From NCBI GenBank assembly GCA_964443625.1, contig CAYUDM010000003.1, forward strand, positions 50,324-114,323: a stretch of DNA of 64,000 bases, given 5' to 3'. Below, piece by piece: positions 1 through 9,704 of this stretch; position 1 is the stretch's first letter, and each line of letters opens with the position of its first letter. The notes below the pieces were generated by a model, which saw only the letters and a program-made list of their open reading frames with translations, was not told the DNA's origin and made no database searches. Source of the DNA: an uncultured Smithella sp. Lineage in GTDB: Bacteria; Desulfobacterota; Syntrophia; Syntrophales; Smithellaceae. The translations under genes and the position numbers were made by a program.

Positions 1-476
1 TCGATCCTTTGATGCCTTTTTTACCTCAGACGGCAAAGGACGCCCGGCGTGTCGATCCTGACAAATGGAGGCAGATCGTTGATCTGGTGAAAAACGACCT
101 GACCGTGCTTGCGGACATCGGTGATCATGTCGCGCCGTTTCTAGCCGACTCGGTCCGGATCGATCCAGATGCCGCGGAACTTTTACGCCAGCCCGACGTG
201 CTGGCCGTCCTGGAAGCCTTCGACCAGTATCTTTCTCAAAACGAAGGCAACCCGCAGGACCTTTACACTGGTGGAGTCAGCCACGTCAAAAAAACGCTCG
301 GCGTCAAAGGCAAAGGGTTGTTCATGCCGTTGCGGGCCGCCCTGACCGGGCGAACAGTCGGGCCGGAACTCGACAGGGTGTTTGCCGTTTTGGGGAAAAC
401 GACCGCGCGACTCCGGTTGCAAAACGCCTGTGTCCTGATACGCGATGCTCAAAGCCAAAATCGTCTGGAGCCTTAG
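1..476 (+). CDS. gltX: Glutamyl-tRNA synthetase, C-terminal fragment (5' end lies outside the window)
   Basis: The reading frame is open from the window edge. The C-terminal segment ...KGKGLFMPLRAALTGRTVGPELDRVFAVLGK... is characteristic of the bacterial GluRS anticodon-binding domain. Stop TAG at 474-476. Confidence 0.7.
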   Translation, partial: DPLMPFLPQTAKDARRVDPDKWRQIVDLVKNDLTVLADIGDHVAPFLADSVRIDPDAAELLRQPDVLAVLEAFDQYLSQNEGNPQDLYTGGVSHVKKTLGVKGKGLFMPLRAALTGRTVGPELDRVFAVLGKTTARLRLQNACVLIRDAQSQNRLEP

Positions 477-480
477 CCGT

Positions 481-1527
481 ATGGATATTTCAAGAAAAGC
501 AACAAACGCGGTCGCAAGAAGAAAACGATTCTTATGGAGAATTCTTGCCGGGGGACTCGCCCTCGGCGTGGCCGCCTGTTTCATCTTTCTGTATCCGGCC
601 TCCGAAGACGGTGCCGTGAAATTCGCCCCCATTGCGGTGACGCCTCCCCAGCCGCCTCCACCATTGCCTAAGGTCCAAACGCCCGCTCCGCCTGCTGTGG
701 TGACTCCGGAGCTTGCCAAATTTCTCGGTAAGCTCGAAAAGCTAAACGCCCGCTACGGCTGGAAAGATATTCGGCCCGCTGGCGTTCGATGGGAATATCA
801 CCGCAAAACCCGCAATCATCATCCCCTGATGTTTACCTATTTCGGGGACGAATCCGATTCCTGCATGCTTTTTATGGGCGGAGTTCACGGCGATGAACTG
901 CCGACGGTGTATCTCATGTTCAAACTGGCACATTACCTGCGGGAAAATCCCGAGGTCGTCAAAGGGCGATGCGTCGTCATCGCGCCTTTGGTGAATCCCG
1001 ACGGCTATCTGGCTGCAAGACCCACCCGGACCAATGGTGCCGGCGTCGATTTAAACCGCAACTTTCCCACACGCAGATGGCATCCCGACGCGCACAGACA
1101 CTGGGCAACGAAAGGCCGGAAGAACAAACGCTACTATCCCGGACCCAAAGCCGCTTCCGAACAGGAGACACTTTTTCAAATCGCGCTTATCAAGCGGTTC
1201 AAGCCGCAAAAGATTCTAAGCGTTCACTCCCCGCTCAATTTTTTTGACTATGACGGACCGTCGGCGGATCTGGATTCTTTTGAACAATGGATGGAGAAAA
1301 TTTCCCGTGAGGCCAATCATCCGTTGCGGAAGTTCGGCTACTATCCGGGATCCCTGGGCAATTACGCGGGGAACGAGCGCAATATCTTTACGCTCACGCT
1401 GGAGCTGCCCACGTCCGATCCGGCGCTGGGGGAAGAGTATTTCCGGCGGCTTCAGCCCGCCTTTCTGAAGTTCATCAGCCTGCCGGTTGTCGGCACGCCG
1501 CCGCATACGCGTCTGGTGAAAAAGTAG
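481..1527 (+). CDS. M14 zinc carboxypeptidase (murein peptide amidase / gamma-D-Glu-DAP peptidase-like) with an N-terminal membrane anchor or signal
   Basis: Motifs GGVHGDELP, NPDGY and DLNRNFP are typical of the M14 family. I prefer ATG 481 (MDISRK..., followed by the hydrophobic LAGGLALGVAACFIFL) to the ORF-track start at 445, which overlaps gltX. Confidence 0.75.
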   Translation: MDISRKATNAVARRKRFLWRILAGGLALGVAACFIFLYPASEDGAVKFAPIAVTPPQPPPPLPKVQTPAPPAVVTPELAKFLGKLEKLNARYGWKDIRPAGVRWEYHRKTRNHHPLMFTYFGDESDSCMLFMGGVHGDELPTVYLMFKLAHYLRENPEVVKGRCVVIAPLVNPDGYLAARPTRTNGAGVDLNRNFPTRRWHPDAHRHWATKGRKNKRYYPGPKAASEQETLFQIALIKRFKPQKILSVHSPLNFFDYDGPSADLDSFEQWMEKISREANHPLRKFGYYPGSLGNYAGNERNIFTLTLELPTSDPALGEEYFRRLQPAFLKFISLPVVGTPPHTRLVKK

Positions 1528-1541
1528 CGGATCCGGACTCG

Positions 1542-1880
1542 CTACTGCGGCCAGGGCCGGCCTTTCGTTTTATCATTTCGCCTGACGCGCTGGTGCATGG
1601 CGGCTTTGGCCAGCAGATGGGCGGATACCGGCGCGGTGGTGAAAAGAAAAATCGTAATGAGCAATTCATGCAGGCTTAAGCCGTCCCCGCGCGAACTGAA
1701 ATAGACCAGCGATCCGATCACCAGAGAGCCCACGCCCAGCGTGGTCGCTTTGGTCGGTCCGTGCAGGCGCATGAAAAAATCCGGCAGTTTCCACAGGCCG
1801 ATGGACCCGACGAGCGCAAAAATGCTGCCGGTCAGAATCAGCGCGGCGACAACGGCGTCCACCCAGAAAGAAATGTCCAT
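1542..1880 (-). CDS. mrpG: Na+/H+ antiporter Mrp/Mnh subunit G
   Basis: The N-terminus MDISFWVDAVVAALILTGSIFALVGSIGLWKLPDFFMRLHGPTKATTLGVG matches the conserved MnhG/PhaG signature. It is the last gene of the mrp operon. Confidence 0.85.
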   Translation of the reverse strand: MDISFWVDAVVAALILTGSIFALVGSIGLWKLPDFFMRLHGPTKATTLGVGSLVIGSLVYFSSRGDGLSLHELLITIFLFTTAPVSAHLLAKAAMHQRVRRNDKTKGRPWPQ

Positions 1881-1892
1881 TCTGTTTTCTCC

Positions 1893-2162
1893 TTATTCGA
1901 TGATGTCGCCGCGCATCAGATGCTTGGCCACGGCGACCGTGCCGACAAACCCCATCACAGCCAAAAGCAGCGCCGCTTCGAAAAACAGATCCGACGCCAG
2001 ATACAGGCCCAGAAGAATGATGAGAGCAATCGCGTTGATGTAGAGCGTGTCGAGCGCGAGGATGCGGTCCGGCAGATCCGGCCCCGCAAGGAGTCTCAGC
2101 GTATTGAGGATTGCGGCGGCCGACATGATGCCCAGGCTGATCAGGATGACGTTTTCGAGCAT
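1893..2162 (-). CDS. mrpF: Na+/H+ antiporter Mrp/Mnh subunit F (89 aa)
   Basis: The internal Met of the 250-aa track ORF begins MLENVILISLGIMSAAAILNTLRLLAGPDLPDRILALDTL..., which is MnhF-like. The upstream 161 aa of the track ORF is Arg/Ala-rich out-of-context sequence that overlaps mrpE. Confidence 0.85.
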   Translation of the reverse strand: MLENVILISLGIMSAAAILNTLRLLAGPDLPDRILALDTLYINAIALIILLGLYLASDLFFEAALLLAVMGFVGTVAVAKHLMRGDIIE

Positions 2163-2653
2163 GGAAACACCTCCAGAAGCGGTTGTTCGTAACGGGTTCG
2201 GATCGTCGAGATGAGTTCCCGTTCGTTTGCGACATCCAGCGCATGGATGAGCAGGGTTTGATGGTTCGGACTGACATCCGCCGTAACCGTGCCGGGCGTC
2301 AGCGAAATGATGCTGGCTAGCACGCTGATTGCGAACGGATCGGTAAGCGCAAGCGGATAGACGACAAAAGCGGGGCGCAGTTTTTTGACCGGCCCCAGAA
2401 TCAGCAAAGCAACCTGCCAGTTGGCGGCGATAATATCGCCGGTGACACGCCACAGCAGTTTGAGCGCGACAAAAGGCTTTTGCAGACGCGGCGGGTCTGG
2501 CCAGAAGCGCCGTGTCAAAAGCGGAATGCCTAAAGCCAAAAGCGCTCCCGCAGAGAGTGTCGCCGTCGCCAGATCGTTCATCATAAGCTGCCAGACGCCG
2601 AAGAGAAACAAACTCAGCCACGGATGCGGGACAAGCTTTCGCCAAAAGGTCAT
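2141..2653 (-). CDS. mrpE: Na+/H+ antiporter Mrp/Mnh subunit E (170 aa)
   Basis: Start at MTFWRKLVPHPWLSLFLFGVWQLMMN... The TPGT motif (SLTPGTVTADV) is typical of MnhE. The start overlaps the mrpD stop by 4 nt. Confidence 0.8.
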   Translation of the reverse strand: MTFWRKLVPHPWLSLFLFGVWQLMMNDLATATLSAGALLALGIPLLTRRFWPDPPRLQKPFVALKLLWRVTGDIIAANWQVALLILGPVKKLRPAFVVYPLALTDPFAISVLASIISLTPGTVTADVSPNHQTLLIHALDVANERELISTIRTRYEQPLLEVFPCSKTSS

Positions 2654-4173
2654 GGTGTTCCTCCTTTGGCGGCTGACACCGACGGCAGAACCGCCCGGAT
2701 ATACTCTTTCGGATCGACGAGGCATGCGGCCGTCGCTTCCAGATACTCCATGAGCGGCTGGGCCAGAATCACCAGAAAAACGCCTGCGGTTAAAAGGATG
2801 ATGGTGGCGGAAAGCCGTACGGCATCGCATCCGGCGGCGCCGGGAAGACTGGCGTCGGCGCGCCAAAACAGGGTGCTGCCCGCGCGGCTAAGCGCGGTGA
2901 TCACCAGAAGCCCTCCACCCAGAACGGCGGCATAAAAAAAGACCGTCTTCCAACCGGCAGGCACGATGGAAAGCAAAAGCAGTTTGCCGACAAAACCCGA
3001 CAGTGGCGGCATGCCCGCGACGGAGACCGCCGCCGCAAAAAACAGACCGCCCAAAAGCATGGGACGGGGAAAGGGCGGACCGGGGACGAAGCGTCCGCCG
3101 GTCGCCTCGCCGCGCATCCGGGCGAATTCTCCGGCCAGAAGAAAAAGAGCGCCGGCAATCCAGGTGGAATGGATCAGATAGTAAAGCGTCGCCGCAATCG
3201 CTTCGGGCGTTTGCAGCGCCAAACCGGCGGCAATGGTTCCGACCGACACGATGACCAGATACGCGACAAGCTTTTCGAGTGAGGCGGCCCCAAGCGCTCC
3301 GATGCATCCGGCCACCAGCGTGATCAGGGCGACAACCCACAGTCCTTGATGGACAAGCCCGGACAGGTCGCCCGCGTCCGCGCCGAAAATCAGCGTATGG
3401 ACCCTCAGGATCGAATATAGCCCCACTTTGGTCATGATGGCGAAAAGCGCGGCCACCGGCGCCGCGGCGGCCGCATATGCGCGCGGCAGCCAGAAATAAA
3501 GCGGAAATACGGCCGCCTTGAGCCCGAAAACGAGGATCAAAAGCGATCCGGCGGCCCCCAGAAGGGGCGCGTCCGCAGGCGGGGCGGCAGCTACGCGAAG
3601 CGCCATGTCCGCCATGTTGAGCGTTCCGGTTATCGCATAGAGCGAACCCACGGCAATCAAAAACAAAGAAGATCCGAAAATATTAAGAAGGACGTAATGC
3701 AGTCCCGCCCGGACGCGTTCGGTTGTCCGGCCGTGGAGCAAGAGCGCATAGGAAGCGATCAGGAGAATTTCAAAAAACACGAACAGGTTGAACAGATCGC
3801 CGGTGAGGACAGCGCCGCAGATGCCCATCATCTGAAACTGAAAAAGCGCGTGAAAACTGCGTCCCTGCCGGTCGTCGCCGCGCAGGGCGTAAAGAAGGGC
3901 GGCCGCAGCCAGAATCGAGGCGACAAAAAGCATGAGCGCCGACAGACGGTCAACCACTAAAATGATGCCGAAAGGCGCGGGCCAGTCGCCCAAGCTGTAT
4001 ACCATGACGCGATCGCCTGCCCCAATCAGAAGCCCGACGGCGACGGGAATCTGCAAGAGTGTTGCCAATGACGATAGAAGTCTTTTAAACGGCAGGCGAT
4101 CACCTGGAATCATCGCCATCAGCGCACCGGCAAAAAGAGGAATTAAAATGGGCAGAATCGGCAGATGATTCAC
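2650..4173 (-). CDS. mrpD: Na+/H+ antiporter Mrp/Mnh subunit D (NuoM/N-like)
   Basis: 507-aa polytopic membrane protein with proton-pumping NuoM/N-like sequence. It sits between mrpC and mrpE with 4-nt overlaps. Confidence 0.9.
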   Translation of the reverse strand: MNHLPILPILIPLFAGALMAMIPGDRLPFKRLLSSLATLLQIPVAVGLLIGAGDRVMVYSLGDWPAPFGIILVVDRLSALMLFVASILAAAALLYALRGDDRQGRSFHALFQFQMMGICGAVLTGDLFNLFVFFEILLIASYALLLHGRTTERVRAGLHYVLLNIFGSSLFLIAVGSLYAITGTLNMADMALRVAAAPPADAPLLGAAGSLLILVFGLKAAVFPLYFWLPRAYAAAAAPVAALFAIMTKVGLYSILRVHTLIFGADAGDLSGLVHQGLWVVALITLVAGCIGALGAASLEKLVAYLVIVSVGTIAAGLALQTPEAIAATLYYLIHSTWIAGALFLLAGEFARMRGEATGGRFVPGPPFPRPMLLGGLFFAAAVSVAGMPPLSGFVGKLLLLSIVPAGWKTVFFYAAVLGGGLLVITALSRAGSTLFWRADASLPGAAGCDAVRLSATIILLTAGVFLVILAQPLMEYLEATAACLVDPKEYIRAVLPSVSAAKGGTP

Positions 4174-4499
4174 GGTTGCTCCTTTTCGTCGTCCACGCCG
4201 TCGTGTCCGGAGGCGGCAAGCGCCGCCAGCGCGAGGATGAGCGCAAAGGCGGTCAGCGCGAAACCGATGACGATGGCGGTGAGCACCAGGGCCTGCGGCA
4301 GCGGATCGGCGTAGGTTTCACTGCGTCCGATGACGGCGGGAAGCCCCGTCGTGAGCCGTCCGCTGGCAAATAAAAAGAGATTCACCGCATAGCTCAGAAG
4401 CGTCAGACCCACGACAACCGGAAACGTTCGGCCCCGAAGCAGAAGATAGACGCCTGCGGCGGCCAGTCCTCCCAAAATGATTGAATACAAAAGTTCCAT
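4170..4499 (-). CDS. mrpC: Na+/H+ antiporter Mrp/Mnh subunit C (NuoK-like)
   Basis: 109-aa protein with three TM segments, MELLYSIILGGLAAAGVYLLLRGRTF.. It is translationally coupled to both neighbours. Confidence 0.9.
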   Translation of the reverse strand: MELLYSIILGGLAAAGVYLLLRGRTFPVVVGLTLLSYAVNLFLFASGRLTTGLPAVIGRSETYADPLPQALVLTAIVIGFALTAFALILALAALAASGHDGVDDEKEQP

Positions 4500-7294
4500 C
4501 AGAGCTTCCTCCCCGTAGCGCGTCCCGTGGAGAGCTTCCCGAGATTCGATAAAATCAGCATCGTCGCGCCGACTACGGTCAGATACACGCCCAGATCAAA
4601 GGCCATGGCGCTGGCCCACTCGAACTCGCCCAGAACGGGCAGGCGCATGTGCCCGAAGGCGCTGGTCAGAAAGGGACGTTCGAAGAGAATGCTTGCCACG
4701 CCGGTCAGGCCCGCGATGGCGACGCCTAGTCCGGCCAGCACATGGAAATTCACCCGGAAGCGCTTGGCGGTCCAGGCTACGCCACCTGCGATGTATTGGA
4801 GAATCAGCGCAATGGCCGTGATCAGCCCCGCGATAAATCCGCCGCCCGGCAGGTTGTGGCCGCGAAAGAAAATGAAAACGGAAATCAGAAGCGCCAGCGG
4901 CAGAATCACGCGGGAGAGATTGACCAGCATCAACGGATGGGCATCCATCGCCCAGGGACGGCCCAGCGCGTCGGTTTGAGGCACGTTCAGTTTCATTTTT
5001 TCAATCATCGCGTAGATCGCCAGTCCCGCAATGGCCAGGACGGATATTTCGCCCAGCGTGTCGAAGCCGCGGAAGTCCACCAGGATGACATTGACCACGT
5101 TGGCGCCGCCGCCTTCCGGCACGCTCTTTTGAAGAAAGAAGCCGGAAATGGTTTCGTAGGGGCGCGAAAGCATCGCAAAAGACAAACCCGCAACCAAAAG
5201 GCCTGCGCCGCAGGCGAGCGCTATGTCGCGGACGCGCCGAAGCGGACTCGATTCGGCGGGCGTCGTCCGGGGCAGGAAAAAAAGAGACAGCATTAAAAGG
5301 ATGATGGTGACCATTTCCACCGACAGTTGCGTCAGCGCCAGATCCGGCGCGGAAAAGCGTGCAAAGGCCAGCGCCACCATCAGTCCCACAACGCTCAGCA
5401 TCACCAGCGCCACCAGGCGTCGTCTGTGCCAGATGACCGTCGCCAGGGTCGCAACCATCAGAAGAAGGGCCGCCACTGCAGTAACCGCATCGACAGGCGA
5501 CAGCGCGACACCGCCTGGCAATGCCTCAAGCGCCATAAGCTGAAAGCCCGCCGCAGCCAGCGCTGCGGTTAGCATCCAGGCCAGGTAGCTTTGCAGGGAT
5601 GCGTTTTCCCAAAAGGCGGTGAACCGGCAGGCCGCGTAAACGATCCGCTTCGTTGCGGCCTCGAAAATCCGGTTGGCGTCGGGTTTGGGCAGTCGCCGGT
5701 TCCAGGCGAAAAAGCGCCTGCGCTTGACATAAAGCCAGGCCCCGCCGGCGAGCGCAATTGCGCTCATCGCCACCGGCAGATTGAATCCGTGCCAGATGGC
5801 CAGCGAATAGGCCGGAAGCTCTCCTCCCAGCGTGGCCGTTGCGGCGGCCGCAAGCGGAAGCGCCACCGTCAGGCCGGGCAACAGTCCGACCAACAGGCAG
5901 ATGCCCGCGAGGAATTCCACTGGCAGCAACATGTAACGCGGCGGTTCGTGGGGTGGAAATTTCGGCAGGTTCTCCGGTTTACCGTTAAAGAAAACATCGT
6001 GGATGAACCGCAGCGAATAGGCCACGGAAAACACCGCCGCAAGCGTCGCCGCCACCGGCACCAGAAAGCTCAGCGCGCCGAACATATTGAGCCCCAGGAC
6101 TTCGTCGAAAAACATTTCCTTGCTTAAAAAACCGTTGAAGAGCGGCACACCCGCCATGGCCGCAGCCGAGATCATGGCCAGCGTGGTTGTATAGGGCATA
6201 TAACGCCACAGTCCTCCCAGACGGCGGATATCCCGCGTGCCGGTTTCGTGATCGATGATGCCCGCGGCCATAAACAGCGACGCCTTGAAGGTCGCGTGAT
6301 TGATGATATGAAAGACGCCCGCGACCACCGCGAGCGGTGAATTGAGTCCGAACAACAGCGTGATGAGTCCCAGATGGCTGATGGTGGAGTAGGCCAGAAG
6401 TCCCTTGAGATCATGCCGGAAAAGCGCCGTGACCGCGCCGACAAGCAATGTCGAGAGTCCAACCAGCGTCACGGTATAAAACCACATCTCGGTTCCGGAA
6501 AGCGCCGGATACAGACGCGCCAGAAGAAACACGCCCGCCTTGACCATGGTGGCCGAATGCAGATAAGCCGAAACGGGCGTCGGCGCGGCCATGGCATGCG
6601 GCAGCCAGAAGTGGAACGGAAACTGCGCGGACTTGGTGAAAACGCCCAGCAGAATCAAAACGAGCGCCGCGGGGTAAAGCGTGTGATTCCGGATCAGGTC
6701 TCCCGAGGCCAGTACGATGGAGAGTTCATAACTGCCGGCCATGCGCCCCAGAAGAAGAATTCCGGCCAGAAGCGCCAGCCCTCCGCCCCCGGTGACGATG
6801 AGCGCCATCCGCGCGCCTTTGCGCGCGTCGGAATCGTGTGTCCAGTAGCCGATCAGCAAAAATGAGGACAGACTGGTCAGTTCCCAGAAGAAAAAAAGCA
6901 ACAACAGGTTTTCCGACAGCACGACGCCGAGCATCGATCCCATGAACCACAGCAGGTAAACATAGAAACGCCCCATGGGATCTTTGGCGGAAAGGTAATA
7001 GTGCGCATACAGCGTTACCAGAAGGCCGATGCCCGACACCAGAAGAACAAACACAAAACTCAGGCCGTCGAGCCGCAGGCTCAGGCTCATTTGAGCGGCG
7101 TCCAGCCACGGTTGATGAAAAACAAATGTCTCGCCGCCCAGAACCCCGGGAACATATGGGATCAAAAGCAATAGCGTCAGCGCCGCGGGAATAACGGCGG
7201 CGAGCGTGCACCAGGGCCGGCGTGCGCGTCCGGCCGCAAAAGGAAGCAGGCTTCCGACAAAAGGCAAAAGCACGATGAAAGCCAAATCGATCAT
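4499..7294 (-). CDS. mrpA: Na+/H+ antiporter fused subunit MrpA/MrpB (group-2 Mrp, 931 aa)
   Basis: NuoL-like N-terminal 750 aa or so plus a C-terminal MrpB-like extension. No separate mrpB gene lies between it and mrpC. Confidence 0.9.
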   Translation of the reverse strand: MIDLAFIVLLPFVGSLLPFAAGRARRPWCTLAAVIPAALTLLLLIPYVPGVLGGETFVFHQPWLDAAQMSLSLRLDGLSFVFVLLVSGIGLLVTLYAHYYLSAKDPMGRFYVYLLWFMGSMLGVVLSENLLLLFFFWELTSLSSFLLIGYWTHDSDARKGARMALIVTGGGGLALLAGILLLGRMAGSYELSIVLASGDLIRNHTLYPAALVLILLGVFTKSAQFPFHFWLPHAMAAPTPVSAYLHSATMVKAGVFLLARLYPALSGTEMWFYTVTLVGLSTLLVGAVTALFRHDLKGLLAYSTISHLGLITLLFGLNSPLAVVAGVFHIINHATFKASLFMAAGIIDHETGTRDIRRLGGLWRYMPYTTTLAMISAAAMAGVPLFNGFLSKEMFFDEVLGLNMFGALSFLVPVAATLAAVFSVAYSLRFIHDVFFNGKPENLPKFPPHEPPRYMLLPVEFLAGICLLVGLLPGLTVALPLAAAATATLGGELPAYSLAIWHGFNLPVAMSAIALAGGAWLYVKRRRFFAWNRRLPKPDANRIFEAATKRIVYAACRFTAFWENASLQSYLAWMLTAALAAAGFQLMALEALPGGVALSPVDAVTAVAALLLMVATLATVIWHRRRLVALVMLSVVGLMVALAFARFSAPDLALTQLSVEMVTIILLMLSLFFLPRTTPAESSPLRRVRDIALACGAGLLVAGLSFAMLSRPYETISGFFLQKSVPEGGGANVVNVILVDFRGFDTLGEISVLAIAGLAIYAMIEKMKLNVPQTDALGRPWAMDAHPLMLVNLSRVILPLALLISVFIFFRGHNLPGGGFIAGLITAIALILQYIAGGVAWTAKRFRVNFHVLAGLGVAIAGLTGVASILFERPFLTSAFGHMRLPVLGEFEWASAMAFDLGVYLTVVGATMLILSNLGKLSTGRATGRKL

Positions 7295-7469
7295 CGAATA
7301 AGAATTATCCGTTTCCCGGCCGGGAGGGGATAGCCGTTCCCAACCTCAGGTTTTGGCCTTTTTTTATGACAAAATCGATATAAATGCCAACAATATCGGT
7401 TTTGAGTCGTCTCCTGCCTGACCCAATCCACGACATCAGGCAGAAGACGCCCTGGTGTTTAGAGTCGAT

Positions 7470-7727
7470 CTAAGGTCTGCTTTTGCGAATCAGTCGATAC
7501 AGGAACAAGACGATCACCGCCCCCACGAAGGCCAAAAGAAAGCTGCCCAGATTAAAACCGGTGATTGTTCCCAAACCGGCGGCCTGCCCGATAAAGCCGC
7601 CGACCATGGCGCCGACGATACCCAGAACAATCGTTGATACAATGCCGCCCGGTCCCGTTCCCGGCAGGAACACTTTGACTACGACGCCGATGATCAGCCC
7701 CATGAAGATCCAGGATAAAATTCCCAT
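7470..7727 (-). CDS. GlsB/YeaQ/YmgE-family small membrane stress protein
   Basis: GILSWIFMGLIIGVVVKVFLPGTGPGGIVSTIVLGIVGAMVGGFIG is the family signature. ATG 7727 is preceded by AAGGAGGAAATA and overlaps the upstream stop (TAATG). Confidence 0.8.
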   Translation of the reverse strand: MGILSWIFMGLIIGVVVKVFLPGTGPGGIVSTIVLGIVGAMVGGFIGQAAGLGTITGFNLGSFLLAFVGAVIVLFLYRLIRKSRP

Positions 7728-8215
7728 TATTTCCTCCTTGTTAAAAAGTGTTTGCATTCATCTCTTTTTGGATAGCGATTTTGCAACCGTCGATGGCGGT
7801 GATGAAAGATTCTTTGATAAATCGGAAAGAGGCATCTGGTTAGAAACGGCATGCGGCCTTCCACGGCGACACAGTCGGTCAGGACGCAGCCGCGCCCCGA
7901 CGGGGCAATCGTGCGGGTGTGATTCCACTGACGGTTGATGATCGAAAAGGAATGTTCGTGGAATCCCACCCCCTGATGAAGACCGGCCAGACACATGGTG
8001 TGGCGATCGACAGGAATCAAGCCGAAAAGAAGAATCCAGCTTTTAAAAAGCGGGTGACCCGGTTCCCACTCGGCAAGAGGAAGGAATCGCCATTTGCCGG
8101 AAACGGTCATCCGGATCACAGGCGCCAGTTCCCAATTGACTCCGTTCATGGACAGCAGTTCCCAGAGCCGCGCGGGCGGAATGTTGAGCGTTGATGAAAT
8201 CGTAAATTCCAGCAT
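7727..8215 (-). CDS. Hypothetical protein, possibly SRPBCC-fold
   Basis: ORF taken from the internal Met MLEFTISSTLNIPPARLWELL.. Its size and N-terminal pattern resemble SRPBCC/polyketide-cyclase-like proteins. I recognise no diagnostic motif. Confidence 0.35.
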   Translation of the reverse strand: MLEFTISSTLNIPPARLWELLSMNGVNWELAPVIRMTVSGKWRFLPLAEWEPGHPLFKSWILLFGLIPVDRHTMCLAGLHQGVGFHEHSFSIINRQWNHTRTIAPSGRGCVLTDCVAVEGRMPFLTRCLFPIYQRIFHHRHRRLQNRYPKRDECKHFLTRRK

Positions 8216-8298
8216 CGGTTTTTTTGCCACCGGGTGAAGTCTGTTTAACGTCTGCGCGCCGAACCCGAACCTGAAACCAAATCCTGAAACTTGAAACT

Positions 8299-9501
8299 CT
8301 ATCCTTCTTTGAAAACGCCTCTGTCGTAAATCACCGTCTTTTTTCCGTTGAGCAGACACGCCGTCACGGTTTTCGGTTCGGTGTTGACCAGGTCCCAGTG
8401 CAGTGCTGAATCATTGAAGCCCAGCTTCTTTTTGAGGGCCTGAGAAAGGTTTGCGGGATTGCCCGCAAAGGTGTCGCTGTAGGATGAGCCGACCGCGAGA
8501 TGGCAGTTGCCTTCCTTGCCGCCGAAATTTTCATCGAAGAGCGTTTCCGCCATAAAGCGGTCGATCCGGGAAAAACGCTTGTCGGTGAGAGAGAATTCCC
8601 CGACCTGACGTGCGCCCGCGTCCATGGCGAGTTGTTTTTTTACAAATTCCTCGCCTTCACCGGCTTCGATTTTCACCGCCTTGCCTTTGGCAAACGTGAT
8701 GCGGACGTCCTTGACGTAGTTCCCGCTGCGGAAGGAGGGGAGGTTGGCGAAATAGACGCCTTCGGTGCCCCGCCAGTCCGGCGAGATGAAAACTTCAAAA
8801 CTCGGCACGTTGTGACCGGACACGCCAGCCCACTTTCGCTTTTCTCCGGGGGTGACTTTTAAATCCAAATTTGCCGATTCCACATGATAATACTTGACCG
8901 GCAGAGCGCTGAGGCGATTTTTAATGGCGGTCACTTCTTTGTGAATCCTCTGCCACCGGGCAACCGGGTCGTCGGCATCAAGGTAGCAGCCCTTGACGAT
9001 TTGGGTCGTGTACTGCTTGAGCGTCATTTTGGCTTGGCTGGCCAGTTCCGCGGTGGGAAGCAGGCACAGCGTCCAACTGTATTGTCTTTGTTCTTCGCGC
9101 CGGTCGAGAATATCCTTGAGGGGCTTGCGCGCGACGATGGCCTTGCCGATTTTTATCGGATCGATTTCTTTGAGGTGCGTCAGCGATTCCGGGGCGTGCA
9201 GGAAAATGCGGCCGCTGATCGCTTTATACAGCTCCTTGTCTCCGGGCGCGAGGAATGTCAGCTGCGCAGGATTGGATTTCGCGTAGAAGCTGTGCTCCAT
9301 GCCGGAGGTCGCAACCAGGCGCTGCACCGGATGAATGCCCCTATCGAGCAGCCGTCCGTAGAGGATTTCGGTAAGCGCCAGCGCCGGCCGGTCATATTGA
9401 ATCAAAACGATGTCATTCTTCTTTAACGGGGTTTTTTTGGCCGTTTGCAGCGCCCACAAGAGCACATCGGCGTATTTTTCAAGATTCTGTTTAGTCAGCA
9501 T
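8299..9501 (-). CDS. Aminopeptidase, probably M29 (AmpS/PepS) family
   Basis: About 400 aa from MLTKQNLEKYADVLLWAL.. The overall layout, and the C-terminal ...GNCHLAVGSSY...HWDLV.. segment, resemble M29 aminopeptidases. Confidence 0.6.
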   Translation of the reverse strand: MLTKQNLEKYADVLLWALQTAKKTPLKKNDIVLIQYDRPALALTEILYGRLLDRGIHPVQRLVATSGMEHSFYAKSNPAQLTFLAPGDKELYKAISGRIFLHAPESLTHLKEIDPIKIGKAIVARKPLKDILDRREEQRQYSWTLCLLPTAELASQAKMTLKQYTTQIVKGCYLDADDPVARWQRIHKEVTAIKNRLSALPVKYYHVESANLDLKVTPGEKRKWAGVSGHNVPSFEVFISPDWRGTEGVYFANLPSFRSGNYVKDVRITFAKGKAVKIEAGEGEEFVKKQLAMDAGARQVGEFSLTDKRFSRIDRFMAETLFDENFGGKEGNCHLAVGSSYSDTFAGNPANLSQALKKKLGFNDSALHWDLVNTEPKTVTACLLNGKKTVIYDRGVFKEG

Positions 9502-9704
9502 GTCGTTGTCCTTTCCGCCGCTGAAACTGATGAAGAATCTTTTACTAAGAAACAAGGCGATAGGCAAGGATTTAAAGCAGGATTTAAAGCGGACGATCAA
9601 ACACGATGCCGAAGGGATGGCGGGCTCGAAGACGGCGCTGAAAAGCCGGATCTATCAGGATTGAAGTGGTTTTGCGCAAAACGACTGCAGCTTATTTGCA
9701 GGAA

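Noticed and set aside
183-719. Long antisense or alternate-frame ORFs overlap gltX, the M14 peptidase and the mrp genes (for example 183-719, 1666-2277, 6374-6865 and 6726-7211).
   Set aside because: They overlap genes with clear family signatures. They show no RBS or motifs and have Arg/Pro/Gly-rich composition.
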